Assembly (NCBI GenBank): GCA_963833465.1
Contig: CAWHXW010000004.1
Coordinates: 310,366-374,365, forward strand
Origin: Ignavibacteriota bacterium
Lineage (GTDB): Bacteria; Bacteroidota; Ignavibacteria; UBA10030
Direction of reading: 5' to 3'
Length of the DNA stretch: 64,000 nt
Part shown: piece after piece, positions 1-11,037 of the stretch
How the letters are laid out: every line of letters begins with the position of its first letter
Numbering within the stretch: the stretch's first letter is position 1
The notes under the pieces: generated by a model
Database searches by the model: none
The model's input: the letters and a program-made list of their open reading frames with translations, nothing else
Told to the model about the DNA's origin: nothing
Program-made: the position numbers and the translations under genes

Positions 1-934
1 TATGGAATCCACCAACACTATCCGTGTATGTCATCAAAACGGAGTTGTTGATTATAGTTCCTGCAACCGTTCCTGCAACGATGTAAGCTGTAATCTGGAA
101 ACCAGCTCCGCGACCAGCGGGAATTGCAAGAGTCTTGAAATACACAGAATCTGGACTCGTTGCTGTGTGAGTGACAGTTCCGCCGCTATCCGCGCTTGAA
201 GCGACCCAAGTGATATTAGATGGAAGAACATCAACGATCTTTACAGTATCGGCGTTTGAAGTTCCGGTATTCAAGAATTTAATTGAATACGTGAAATTAT
301 TGCCAACTCCTGGCTGCGCATTATTCGGTGTTGCTGTTTTTGTTGCAGTACCAAATGTTGTTCTGGAAATTAGCAATGCATTTTTTTGTGTTGCAGTAGT
401 ACTAGTGAACTGAGACGGGTCAGCAGTTAAAGTTGTAGTATCTTTTGTACCGCTAACCGTTCCGTTTGTTGTGAAAATTCGGATAATAACCCAGACACTG
501 CTATCAGCTAAAGCACTATCAGTTAGAGCAATCGTGCTGGTGATTTCTCCCGGCTGTAAAATTCCGTCTCTGTTTACATCCTTATAAATCTGGACGGATC
601 CATTGAATAGCTGAGAAACTGCGCCTACATTAAATGCATCTGTGTAGTTACCATTATTTGTAATCTGCGCAGCGTATGTTACATAACTGCTATCAGCGGC
701 AACAACTGATCGTGTTGTTGGTGTAATTGTAATACCCGGTTTTTTATCTACCGTTGTTGACGTAATATTGGAAAGTACCGTATCCATCTGGGTACCTCCG
801 GCGTTTTTATAGGCCGCCTTCGCCTGGTTGGTTATAACTGTTCCATAAGGTGTGCCGGCTGCATAAGCGCTCAGAGGAATGAGCAAAATGAGCAGGCAAA
901 CAACCCCGAACAGTAAAGCAAATGAGGTTTTCAT
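1..934 (-). CDS. Secreted DUF11 (conserved repeat domain) protein, N-terminal part; gene continues beyond the left window edge
   Basis: Minus-strand reading frame is open from start codon at 932-934 to position 1. N-terminus MKTSFALLFGVVCLLILLIPLSAYA is a signal peptide. Contains DUF11-like motifs (GNNFTYSIKFLNTGTSNADTVKIVDVLPSNITWV). Not in the ORF track because no stop lies inside the window. Confidence 0.6.
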   Translation of the reverse strand, partial: MKTSFALLFGVVCLLILLIPLSAYAAGTPYGTVITNQAKAAYKNAGGTQMDTVLSNITSTTVDKKPGITITPTTRSVVAADSSYVTYAAQITNNGNYTDAFNVGAVSQLFNGSVQIYKDVNRDGILQPGEITSTIALTDSALADSSVWVIIRIFTTNGTVSGTKDTTTLTADPSQFTSTTATQKNALLISRTTFGTATKTATPNNAQPGVGNNFTYSIKFLNTGTSNADTVKIVDVLPSNITWVASSADSGGTVTHTATSPDSVYFKTLAIPAGRGAGFQITAYIVAGTVAGTIINNSVLMTYTDSVGGFH

Positions 935-1024
935 TGTTGTACCTTTCAGATAATTGTTTTTTATTTTAAAATTTTGTTTTATACTTTTTTTTGTTTCCAT
1001 GTCCTTAACTCCTGTTTAAAAGTT

Positions 1025-1140
1025 TCAACCGTCCGGCGGCGACTTTGCAGGCTGCCGTGCTCGCACGGGTGGGGGTTTGGCAGGTTGCCTCGCCCTCGCG
1101 AGTGGAAACTTGGATGGCTCACGCGCCCTCCTTTCTTCCA
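1025..1140 (-). other. GC-rich (~65% GC) structured intergenic element between two DUF11 genes; candidate cis-regulatory RNA or small RNA
   Basis: Local GC far above the ~40% background. Several short perfect hairpins (CCGTG-CTCG-CACGG; GGCA-GGT-TGCC; palindrome CTCGCGAG). No convincing ORF. Confidence 0.2.
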
Positions 1141-1173
1141 TGATGTTAAACATAGGAACCCTTCGCGGGACTA

Positions 1174-2325
1174 TTATCGAATAACTACTTTGTATCGCAC
1201 ACATCTCTCATCTCCTGATTTTAATATTCTTTTATCGTTCCAGTTTAAACTCGTGACAACTCCTAGTGCGGGCGCTTGCGCTTCCTTTCGATTCAATGTC
1301 AGTGTCGTTCCATTGGATTCTGCACTTTCTTCAACATATTGTGCCCCTGACGGAATCTGACCAACTAATGAAATATCGGTTGCGACATCGGTACCGATGT
1401 TGTGATAATAAAGTGTATATGTTAGCGTATCGCCGGGATATGCTTTTTGTTTATCCGGCTGTGTTATTATAACTATTTCCGGTGCAGGTTTATTTGTGTT
1501 AAAGTATTTCTCCAAGCTCTTTGCTTCTTTTTCAGCATATCCACTGAAAACAATACTTGTTCCAACCACAGAAAGAGCCATTACTTCGGAACTCTTGCCT
1601 GCATCCAATGACGCTTCCTTAGATGTAATCGTAAAGGATTGTGGTTTCCCCTTCTTCAATTGTTCGACCTGAATCTGATCAACGTCTTTTACAAATACCT
1701 CAATAGCCGGATGAAGTGTTGTAAGCGGTTCAGCATTCGTTATCACAAGAGATTGTACTGTTGAACTCGCAACGCCTACTGCTATTCCAGAAAACTTTAC
1801 TTTTAGCTTCATTGGCGATTTTGGTTCAATCATAAATGCAATCATCACTTTCTTCCCGCCCGGAAGATTTTTATCTGCTTGAACAGATATCTCTCGCACC
1901 AATTTGAATTCCCCTTCCTTCACCTGACACCGGAATACAGATGTAATGGAAGTTTCTGTTGCTTTGTTTCCTTCTGCGACATTCTTCCAAGAAGCTGTTT
2001 CTTTCCCATAGTATTCGGCAAGGTTCACCTTCTTGATAACTTTGTCCGTTGCTGCATCAATGATTTCCATAATCGTGGCAGCTTCCGGCTTAGATGCATT
2101 CTCGCGGAATAGAATTCCAAATCGGCTCGTTGGATTCTTTTGAGGAACTACATCGAGTTTCCCATCAATAACTGGCACTAAAGCCGCATCGGCAGCATTT
2201 ACCAATGATGATGGAATTGTGATTGCATAACCTGTATAGTGCAGGCTGACACTGCTCGATGGTTGAGCTATAACGGATATTACTCCTGCAATTAGCAAGA
2301 ACGACATATATTGAATGTTTCGCAT
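1174..2325 (-). CDS. Secreted protein with C-terminal DUF11 repeat domain
   Basis: 383-aa ORF with N-terminal signal peptide (MRNIQYMSFLLIAGVISVIAQP). C-terminal motif GDTLTYTLYYHNIGTDVATDISLVGQIPSGAQYV is typical of DUF11. Confidence 0.6.
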   Translation of the reverse strand: MRNIQYMSFLLIAGVISVIAQPSSSVSLHYTGYAITIPSSLVNAADAALVPVIDGKLDVVPQKNPTSRFGILFRENASKPEAATIMEIIDAATDKVIKKVNLAEYYGKETASWKNVAEGNKATETSITSVFRCQVKEGEFKLVREISVQADKNLPGGKKVMIAFMIEPKSPMKLKVKFSGIAVGVASSTVQSLVITNAEPLTTLHPAIEVFVKDVDQIQVEQLKKGKPQSFTITSKEASLDAGKSSEVMALSVVGTSIVFSGYAEKEAKSLEKYFNTNKPAPEIVIITQPDKQKAYPGDTLTYTLYYHNIGTDVATDISLVGQIPSGAQYVEESAESNGTTLTLNRKEAQAPALGVVTSLNWNDKRILKSGDERCVRYKVVIR

Positions 2326-2347
2326 AATAATTTCTCCTTAGTAGTTA

Positions 2348-5300
2348 TTATTTTATAGTTACTTTAAATGTTATTGTTCCTGTTTGGCCAGGTATAATTG
2401 TTCCAACATTAATTTGTATTATACCGCCTGAATAAGTTACTTCATCGCCATCAGCTGCATCCGTTTTCGCAACGCCATTCAATGTCACTGAATTAGCGAC
2501 GTAATTTGTGTAATTCGGATTCGGATCTGTCACAGTTAGGAATGTTGCATTCGATGTTCCAATATTTTTATAGACAATCGTATATGTCAATGTATCGCCT
2601 GGTTTTGCATGCGATTTATCGACAGCTTTGGTCAGTGTCATTTGAGGTTGATTCACCGGAGTAAATGTTGCAGTAAGTTTTTGATCAACTCCATCGGCAA
2701 TAATGTGTGCCGTATTTGTTGCGGGAACACCGGTTTGAATTGATGAATCGATTCGGAGGGAATATTGCAATGACAAACTGTCGTTTACATTCAAATTAAA
2801 AACATTAAACGAGAGGACTCTTCCGTTTACCGTAGTACTGCCTGGAAGCGTGCCTGTGAGAACATCCATTCCCAATGGAATTGTATCAGTAACGGCAACA
2901 CGCGTTGACTTAACCGTTCCAGTATTCTTCACTTTAATCGTATACGCCATTGTATCTGGCGGTATTGCAGAGCCGGTATTGATACTGATATTAACGACAG
3001 ATTTTGAGGATGATGAAAATACAACAGAACCAATCTTCACCGATGCAGTAACATTAGCCGTATCACCGGTAACTGTTAGGGAATCATGATATGTTGCAAC
3101 AATTGAATCACCGGGCTGGACCGTGAAGATAGTGTCACCACTTGGTCCAGGATCTATGCCGCTGATTGTTCGAACGAGTCCAGTGAAAACTCCAGAATTA
3201 ATTCCAGTTTCCGTAAACTTTATTGTTTCCTTTTCACTGCTTGAATTCTTGAGTAATAGATAATAGACTTCTGTTTTAGTAGGATCTTTGTTCAAATCAG
3301 CATCTGTAAGCGTGAAGGTGCTAGTGTCGGTGGCAGCCATAAAAACCGGATTCGCACTAATCGTTCCATTATGCCCGCCTGTGACTGTAGTCGATAGTCT
3401 CAGCGTTGCTCCAGGGCCGCCGTTCGCCGCTAATGTGTCTACATAAGTAAGACATATTGCATCACTTGCTTGAGCTGTTAAGGTTACATTCTTTCCATTG
3501 CTGCCTTTTGTTGTACCAAATTTTGTCGGTATTGTTGCTGTGAAGATTCCTGTATTGACTCCGGTCTCTGTAAACAATACTGTATCGATTTGTCCATTCG
3601 AACTCGTGTCTCGTAAGGAGTATGTCTCTGCAACTGTTGCATTCTTGTTTAAATCCTGATCGGTTAATGTGTCTATTATAGAGGCACCGGGTATTATCGA
3701 TATCGTTCCACTCATTGTAGCAGTATGTCCACCTATGACATTTGTAGATAATCGTAACGTTGAACCAGGGCCGCCGTTCGTTGCTAATGTGTCTACATAA
3801 GTAAGACATATTGCATCACTTGCTTGAGCTGTTAAGGTTACATTCTTTCCATTGCTGCCTTTTGTTGTACCAAAGGTTGTCGGTATCGTGGCTGTGAAGA
3901 TTCCTGTATTGACTCCGGTCTCTGTAAACAATACTGTATCTATCTGTCCATTTGAACTCGTGTCTCGTAAGGAGTATGTCTCTGCAACTGTCGCATTCTT
4001 GTTTAAATCTTGATCGGTTAATGTGTCTATTATAGATGCACCTGGTAAGATCGATGCCGTCCCTTTCAGAATAGCAGTATGTCCGCCAACAACAGCCGTC
4101 TTTATGACCATTGTTGAACCCGGACCGCCGTTCGATGCTAACGTGTCTTTATATGTTAGATATATTGTATCATTAGCTTGAGTATTAAAAGTTACATTCT
4201 TTCCATTACTGCCTTTTGTTGTGCCAAAGGTAGTCGGTATTGAAGCTGTGAAGATTCCAGTGTTGACTCCGGTCTCCGTAAACAATACAGTATCTATTTG
4301 TCCATTCGAACTCGTATCTCGCAGGAAGTATGTCTCTGCAACTGTTGCATTCTTATTTAAATCTTGATCGGTTAATGTGTCTATTATAGAGGCGCCTGGT
4401 AAGATCGATGCCGTCCCTTTCAGAATAGCAGTATGTCCGCCAACAACAGCCGTCTTCAAAACAATTGTTGAACCCGGACCGCCGTTCGATGCTAACGTGT
4501 CTTTATATGTTAGATATATTGTATCATTAGCTTGAACGTTAAAAGTTACATTCTTTCCATTACTGCCTTTTGTTGTGCCAAAGGTCGTAGGTATTGTGGC
4601 TGTGAAGATTCCCGTGTTAATTCCGGTCTCTGTAAACAACACAGTATCTATTTGTCCATTCGAACTTGTGTCTCGCAGGAAGTATGTCTCTGCAACAGTT
4701 GCATTCTTGTTTAAATCTTGATCGGTTAATGTATCTATTATTGAGGCACCGGGTATGATTGATGCCGTTCCACTTAGATTTGCAGTATGCCCGCCAATAA
4801 CAGCGGTCTTTGCAATAATAGTTGCACTGCCACCATTGGCTTTTACTGAATCGAGATATGATATAACAATTGTATCATTAGCTTGAGCATTAAAAGTTAC
4901 ATTCTTTCCATTACTGCCTTTTGTCGTACCAAAGGTTGTCGGTATTGTAGCTGTGAAGATTCCTGTGTTAACTCCGGTCTCTGTAAACAATACGGTATCT
5001 ATTTGTCCATTTGAGCTTGTATCTCGTAAGAAGTACGTCTCTGCAGCGGTAGCATTCTTGTTTAAATCTTGATCGGTTAATGTATCTATTATAGATGCAC
5101 CGGGTAAGATTGATGCCGTTCCGCTTAGTGTTGCAGTATGTCCACCAACAACAGCCGTCTTCAAAACTTTTGTTGTACCCGAACCACCGTTCGATGCTAA
5201 TGTATCTTTATAAGTAAGATATAAAGTATCACCAGCTTGAGCATTAAAAGTTACATTCTTTCCATTACTGCCTTTTGTTGTGCCAAAGGTTGTCGGTATT

Positions 5301-8300
5301 GTAGCTGTGAAGATTCCTGTCTTTATTCCGGTCTCGGTAAACAACACAGTATCAATTTGTCCATTCGAACTCGTATCTCGTAGGAAATATGTCTCTATTC
5401 TGGTTGTATCTTTGTTTAAATCCTGATCAATCAGTGTATCTATTATAGAGGCGCCGGGTAAGATCGATAGCGTTCCAGTCAGTGTTGCAGTGTTTCCTCC
5501 AATAACAGGCGTCTTCAAAACTTTTGTTGTACCCGAACCACCGTTCGATGCTAATGTATCTTTATAAGTAAGATATAAAGTATCACCAGCTTGAGCATTA
5601 AAAGTTACATTCTTTCCATTACTGCCTTTTGTTGTGCCAAAGGTTGTCGGTATTGTAGCTGTGAAGATTCCTGTCTTTATTCCGGTCTCGGTAAACAACA
5701 CAGTATCAATTTGTCCATTCGAACTCGTATCTCGTAGGAAATATGTCTCTATTCTGGTTGTATCTTTGTTTAAATCCTGATCAATCAGTGTATCTATTAT
5801 AGAGGCGCCGGGTAAGATCGATGTCGTTCCACTTAGATTTGCTGTATGTCCGCCGATAACAGCCGTCTTTGCAATAATAGTTGCACTTCCGCCATTGCCT
5901 TGTAATGAATCAAGGTATGATATAACAATTGTATCATTAGCTTGAGTATTAAACGTTACATTCTTTCCATTGCTGCCTTTTGTTGTGCCAAATGTTGTCG
6001 GTATCGTGGCGGTGAAGATTCCTGTCTTTATTCCGGTCTCGGTAAACAATACAGTATCTATTTGTCCATTCGAACTAGTATCTCGCAGGAAATATGTTTC
6101 TACTCTGGTTGTATCTTTATTTAAATCCTGATCAATTAACGTATCAATCATTGATACGCCGGGCAAAATAGACGGAGTGGCAGTTAATGATGCTGTGTGT
6201 CCACCTTTAAAAGTCGTTATTGCAGTGTCCGTTAAGCCAGGTGCGCCATCATAAGTGACAGTATCGTGATAGAAAACTAATAATGTATCTCCGACTTTTG
6301 CATTTATAATTCCATCATTGTTTGTGCCGCCAGACTTCCCATATTGAGTTTGAATTGTTCCGATGAAAACACTATCATTAAAACTTCGTTCAGTGACGGT
6401 GACAGAGTCACTTTCATTTGTCGCCTTATTATAGATATAAACCTTGTAGCTCTCTTTTGAAGAAGAATTACGATTCAAGTCATAATCTGTCACAAAGATA
6501 GTATCATTGTTTCCGGGATAAATACTTACGAGTGCGGAATCTCTTCCCCAATTAGCGCCAAGAACTTTTGTTATTGCGCTCTTCCATGTTCCCGATCCCC
6601 CGTTGAGTTGCATTGTATCCTTATATCCGACCCGCAAAGTATCGTTTTGATGGACATAGATATAACCAATGTTATCTGCACCGGCAATATATCCATAGCG
6701 TGTGTTCAAGTTTCCGATGAAAACGCTATCGTCTTTACTGCGCTTGGTTACTGTGATATCTTGATATTCCTTATTTACAATATTCGAATCCCGAACTGTA
6801 TAGCTTTGTATATTGTTTGTATCACTATTTAAATCATTGTCAGTAAGAGTTACTTGAACCGTATTCAATGGATAAATCTGCGAAGTCGCAGAGATCGAAG
6901 CAGTTGATCCGTATCGAACGAACGTCTTCGCATAGATCCATCCGCCATTCATCCCTGAACTGTTTACAGTATCCAAATATTTAATAATGATTGAATCACC
7001 TGCCTGAGCATTAAAGGTTACATTCTTTCCATTGCTGCCTTTTGTTGTGCCAAAGGTCGTCGGGTACTGTAGCAGTGAAGATTCCTGTGTTGATTCCGGT
7101 CTCTGTGAACAATACTGTATCTATTTGTCCATTTGAACTCGTGTCTCGCAAGAAATATGTCTCTATTGCCGCCGGATTGTAATTCAAATCTACATCTGTT
7201 AGAGTGTCGGAAATTGTGCCTCCGGGTTTAATAGATCGTGTAGCAGTAAGTGTTGCCGTATGTCCGCCGGTAACAATTGTCATCCAGGTTTTAAGCCGAT
7301 TCACACCTGCTCCGGTTGAATCGTTTACATCTGTATAAGAAATGCGAAGGGTATCGTTTGGTTTTACATTAAAGATATTATCGTTGTTTAACCCAGCGCT
7401 TGCGCCATAGATTGTTGCAATTTTACCAGTAAAAATTCCGGTGTTGACACCTGTTTCCGTTAATGTGATATTTTCATGTTCCTTCGTGACTATATTCGAG
7501 TCGGTTAATGTGACGGTCTGCTTGGTAGTTGTAACTGTATTGAGATCTTCATCAACCAATGTATAATAGACAGTATCACTTGGTATAATCGTGCTCGTGC
7601 CGTAGAGATGACCTGTTGCGTACTGATAAACAGTTAACGAAACAGATCCCGAACCTTTATATCTTTGAGCATTCGTATCTCGTGCTGTATTAGTAATGGT
7701 AGTACCATATGGAGTACTAATTTTGATCTTTGCTTTGAAGTTTAAAGTATCGATGGCTCCTGGTGCTAATGTTCCAACACTCCAGGTAATATATTGCGTG
7801 GTTGTTCCTGTCAATGTACCGGTACCTACTAATGCCACCGAAGTCGTATCGTAGGATGGAAGAGTGTCGCAAACCCATGTTAATGTAGATGCGCTATATG
7901 GAGAAATATTTTTAACGATAAGGTGATATTGCACTGTATCGCCCGCTTTTGACATTCCCGGGTCAAAATATTTCGTAATCGTTACAATGGGCGGAGGGAT
8001 TGCCGTATCTTTTACAGATTGGTTAACACCCGGTGCACTGACATTCGCTCTATTGATAAAAAGTGTATCTGTTGTGAATCTGGAACCGGGAATAACCCAG
8101 TATCGCACTGAATCGCTGACTCCCTGGATAAGTGATGTAAAGACATTCGTCCAAGTAAGTATAAATCCAACCGAGGAATCTCGGGTCGCGGTTGGTGCCG
8201 TACCTGGAGCGCCTGTTACATATTGAAATCCTTTTGGAAGTGAGTCAACGACTGTAATAGGATTCGCATGAGCAACTGATACATCCCAGTTGCCAGAATT

Positions 8301-9743
8301 TTTCACGCGGATTGTATAATGCAGCGTATCAGGAATAGGAGTATTGTATTTCGGGTAACCCTTATAATCTAAAAACGTTTTTGTTGTCTGCAAAAATACA
8401 GGTGTTACAACTTTAATGGATTTTGTTGCTGTATTATTATATAGGCGTCTATCGAACTGTTGGCTGGAATCAGATGCACTGTTCCGTAGTGTTGGATAAC
8501 TTGCAGGATCGTAATAGACATATACTGTTATATCAATAGTTGGAATTGTTACGTTGGGATAATTAATTCCGGGATATGTGAATCTTAGAATTGGGTTCCT
8601 AGAAGAATCTACGGTCCAACCTGATGCTGAGACTGAAACAAGTTTTGCACCCGGCTGAAGTGTGTCAATAACCCATATAGCTCCAGTTGGATCGGGACCA
8701 TTATTCGACGCCGTTAAATAATAATGCATCTGGTTGGCGACAATAATGCTGTCGCCTTTAGAGTCAAGAGAACATGTGTCGGTGATAGCGATATCGGAAT
8801 TTGAAGTGTCGGAGACAGATATAATTTCAGCATTCAGCACAACGTTATCTGCACCTGACGAGTAAACTGTAGTAGCAGTTGTATCACCCGGTGTAAGTAA
8901 GCTGGTAACAGGATACGTGTCGATATCCGTACCGTATGTAAATAAATAACCTTTGATCGGGACGAGAGTATTACTTACGGAATTGAATTGATTGCCAATA
9001 GGATTGTAGAAATCCGACAAACTCTGCCCATTAAATGCAAGGTCTTCAGAATAACCATTGGCTGGATCAGAATTTGCTAAATCACCCTCCCATGTTATGT
9101 CGGTAATCTTTCCGTCAACAGTGCCAAATGGTACATAGAAATTATTCGGTTTAAGAGTAATTTCATCTCCTTTAAACGTCTGCAATCCATCATAAATATT
9201 TATGGTATGTCTTATTTCAGGCGAACCTCCGTAGATAACGACTACCGCCCACCCTGCCACTACTGACGCAGTATTAACATAAATTGCAGTTGTATTATCT
9301 ACTCTTAAGCCGGTAAATATATAGCTGCCACTTTTATACTGTTTGACAATCGAAGTGACATCCGCAAATCCGCTAAAATAATATCGATTGCTTGTGTTAT
9401 AACTCGATACAGTATCCATTGGCAATGAACCGATAACGGTAGTTCCATGCAATGATACTGTGTCATCTGGAGTTGAACCGGATCCACACCAATAGAGATA
9501 TGCTGCAGTAACGGTGTCTCCACTTGGAATTGTGAGGCCACATGTATCTGAAGTTTTTAAAGCAGCAATAGAATCTGTTCTTAATGATCCGCCCATCATT
9601 ACATAGCTCATATTGCCGGAAAAGCTAGTGCGCCAGTTAATGGGCGTCTGAGCGTAAATTCTGCTGCCTATCGACAGAATTATTATTGCTAAGAATAATA
9701 TTCGAAAAGGAATCAGTGTGATATTTTTTTGTTGTGAGTACAA
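2348..9743 (-). CDS. Giant secreted adhesin-like protein (~2460 aa) with DUF11 domains and >=10 tandem 118-aa repeats; split into two ORFs (7011..9743 and 2348..6976) by a 1-nt frameshift near 7061-7067
   Basis: The upstream ORF's C-terminus (…TETGINTGIFTATVP) reads directly into the repeat consensus (…TTFGTTKGSNGKNVTFNAQA) once one base is removed from gtaCCCgac at 7061-7067. Signal peptide after a TTG start at 9743. DUF11 motifs occur at both ends (e.g. GDTLTYTIVYKNIGTSNATFLTVTDPNPNYTNYV). Confidence 0.7.
3390..7320. repeat. Tandem array of 354-bp coding repeats (118-aa unit, at least 10-11 copies), some adjacent copies >300 bp identical
   Basis: Copies at 5161-5514 and 5515-5868 are identical over ~310 nt; copies at 3411 and 3771 are also near-identical. 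Unit: ILPGASIIDTLxDQDLNKxxTxxETYFLRDTSSNGQIDTVLFTETGxNTGIFTATIPTTFGTTKGSNGKNVTF…. Confidence 0.85.
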
Positions 9744-9804
9744 TTTCCTTTGTCCGTTAATTAGATTCTTTTTAGTATAAATTAATCAGACGGTAATTTT
9801 TTTA

Positions 9805-10149
9805 TCATTTGTTTAAAGTATTTTTGAGTTCATAGAAATAATCTTTCAATACAAACTTTTCAGCGCCAATAGATTTTGCCTCTTTCTGAATTTCAGGATC
9901 AGACATTTGTGTCATTATGACAACGTGAGCTTCTGGAAATTTGGCTTTCAATTTTTTTGTCGCCGTCAATCCGTCTATTTTCTTCATCTCGACATCCATT
10001 ATGACCAAGTCTGGTTTGTACTTTTTGTATGCCGCCATGACATCTTTCCCGTCTGTACACTCATAGATTTCATCGTAGTACCCCTTGAGCATACTGATCA
10101 TCATTCGCCGAAATTGTTTGCTGTCTTCAACAATTAGCAATCGTTTCAT
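9805..10149 (-). CDS. Stand-alone response-regulator receiver (CheY-like REC) protein
   Basis: 114 aa; N-terminus LLIVEDS; contains DLVIMDVEMKKIDGL and a conserved Lys region. No output domain. Confidence 0.75.
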   Translation of the reverse strand: MKRLLIVEDSKQFRRMMISMLKGYYDEIYECTDGKDVMAAYKKYKPDLVIMDVEMKKIDGLTATKKLKAKFPEAHVVIMTQMSDPEIQKEAKSIGAEKFVLKDYFYELKNTLNK

Positions 10150-10368
10150 AAATCACCTCTTAAAAAGTATAGTCTAATGCCAATAAAAGGTCTCGAAATT
10201 CGCAAAGAAACTAAATAGTGACTTGCACACAGATGAAGAATTGTACACACCTATTTTTATAGGTGTTTCCACTTATTTATGAAAATTTATTTTTTAGGTA
10301 GTGCTTAGATGGGCAAAAGTGGTTTTTGCGTTTGTATCAAACAAATGCAAATAAAATACTGTATTTAA

Positions 10369-11037
10369 TTACAACGAAGATCTGTTTTCAATCGCAAACT
10401 TAAGAAGGGCATGGCTCCCATGAATTTCGAGTTTTTCACAAATATTGGACCGATGATTTTCTACAGTGCGAAAGCTAATCTTTAACACGTCTCCAATTTC
10501 TTTGCTCGTTTTATTTTCCGAAATCATGCGCAGAACTTTACGTTCTGTTTTTGTAAGATTTTCTAACTGTGGTTTCTTTTTCAAAAGCAATCTTGCACGG
10601 TCGCTTCTGTTCACCAGATGTTCAGAGATTGAAGGGCTGAGAAAATAACGCCCTTCAGATACAGTTTTGATACTGTTCACAACATCGGTCACTGCACTTT
10701 CTTTTAACACGTATCCTTTCACACCAAGATCCATCACTTCATTGAACATATCTTCTTCTTTGTACATCGTGAGAAAAACAATATCAACTGGAAGATGACG
10801 TTTGATAATTTCTTCGGCTACCTGAAGGCCGTTCATGCCGGGCATTTCGATATCCAAAACGATGATGTCCGGTTTTAATTCTTCAGCCAATTGGAGAGCT
10901 TGATTTCCATCTGCAGCTTCACCGGCTATTTCGATGGAACCTTCATTGCCAATTGCCTGAATGAGACCTTTCCGAAATATTGGATGATCATCCGCGATGA
11001 GAACTCGTAGTTTCGTCAGTGCTATCTGTTTTTTCAT
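10369..11037 (-). CDS. NarL/FixJ-family response regulator (REC + LuxR-type HTH)
   Basis: Contains RVLIADDHPIFRKGL…DIIVLDIEMPGMNGL, plus a C-terminal LTKTERKVLRMISENKTSKEIGDVLKISFRTVENHRSNICEKL helix-turn-helix. Confidence 0.85.
   Translation of the reverse strand: MKKQIALTKLRVLIADDHPIFRKGLIQAIGNEGSIEIAGEAADGNQALQLAEELKPDIIVLDIEMPGMNGLQVAEEIIKRHLPVDIVFLTMYKEEDMFNEVMDLGVKGYVLKESAVTDVVNSIKTVSEGRYFLSPSISEHLVNRSDRARLLLKKKPQLENLTKTERKVLRMISENKTSKEIGDVLKISFRTVENHRSNICEKLEIHGSHALLKFAIENRSSL

Noticed and set aside
974-1360. 128-aa plus-strand ORF spanning the GC-rich intergenic block
   Set aside because: Its composition is Arg/Pro/Trp-rich, the frame reads antisense to the start of the adjacent DUF11 gene, and no domain is recognisable. 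The ORF is most likely a by-product of the GC-rich, stop-poor sequence.
3462-3809. Alternate-frame ORFs inside the adhesin repeat array (3462..3809, 4532..4714, 5942..6124, 2850..3089)
   Set aside because: These are repeated out-of-frame readings of the same 354-bp unit; the long in-frame adhesin ORF explains the region.
3390-7320. Possible CRISPR array suggested by regular tandem repeats
   Set aside because: The period is 354 bp with no unique spacers, and the whole array is one continuous coding frame (protein repeats). There are no cas genes. It is not CRISPR.
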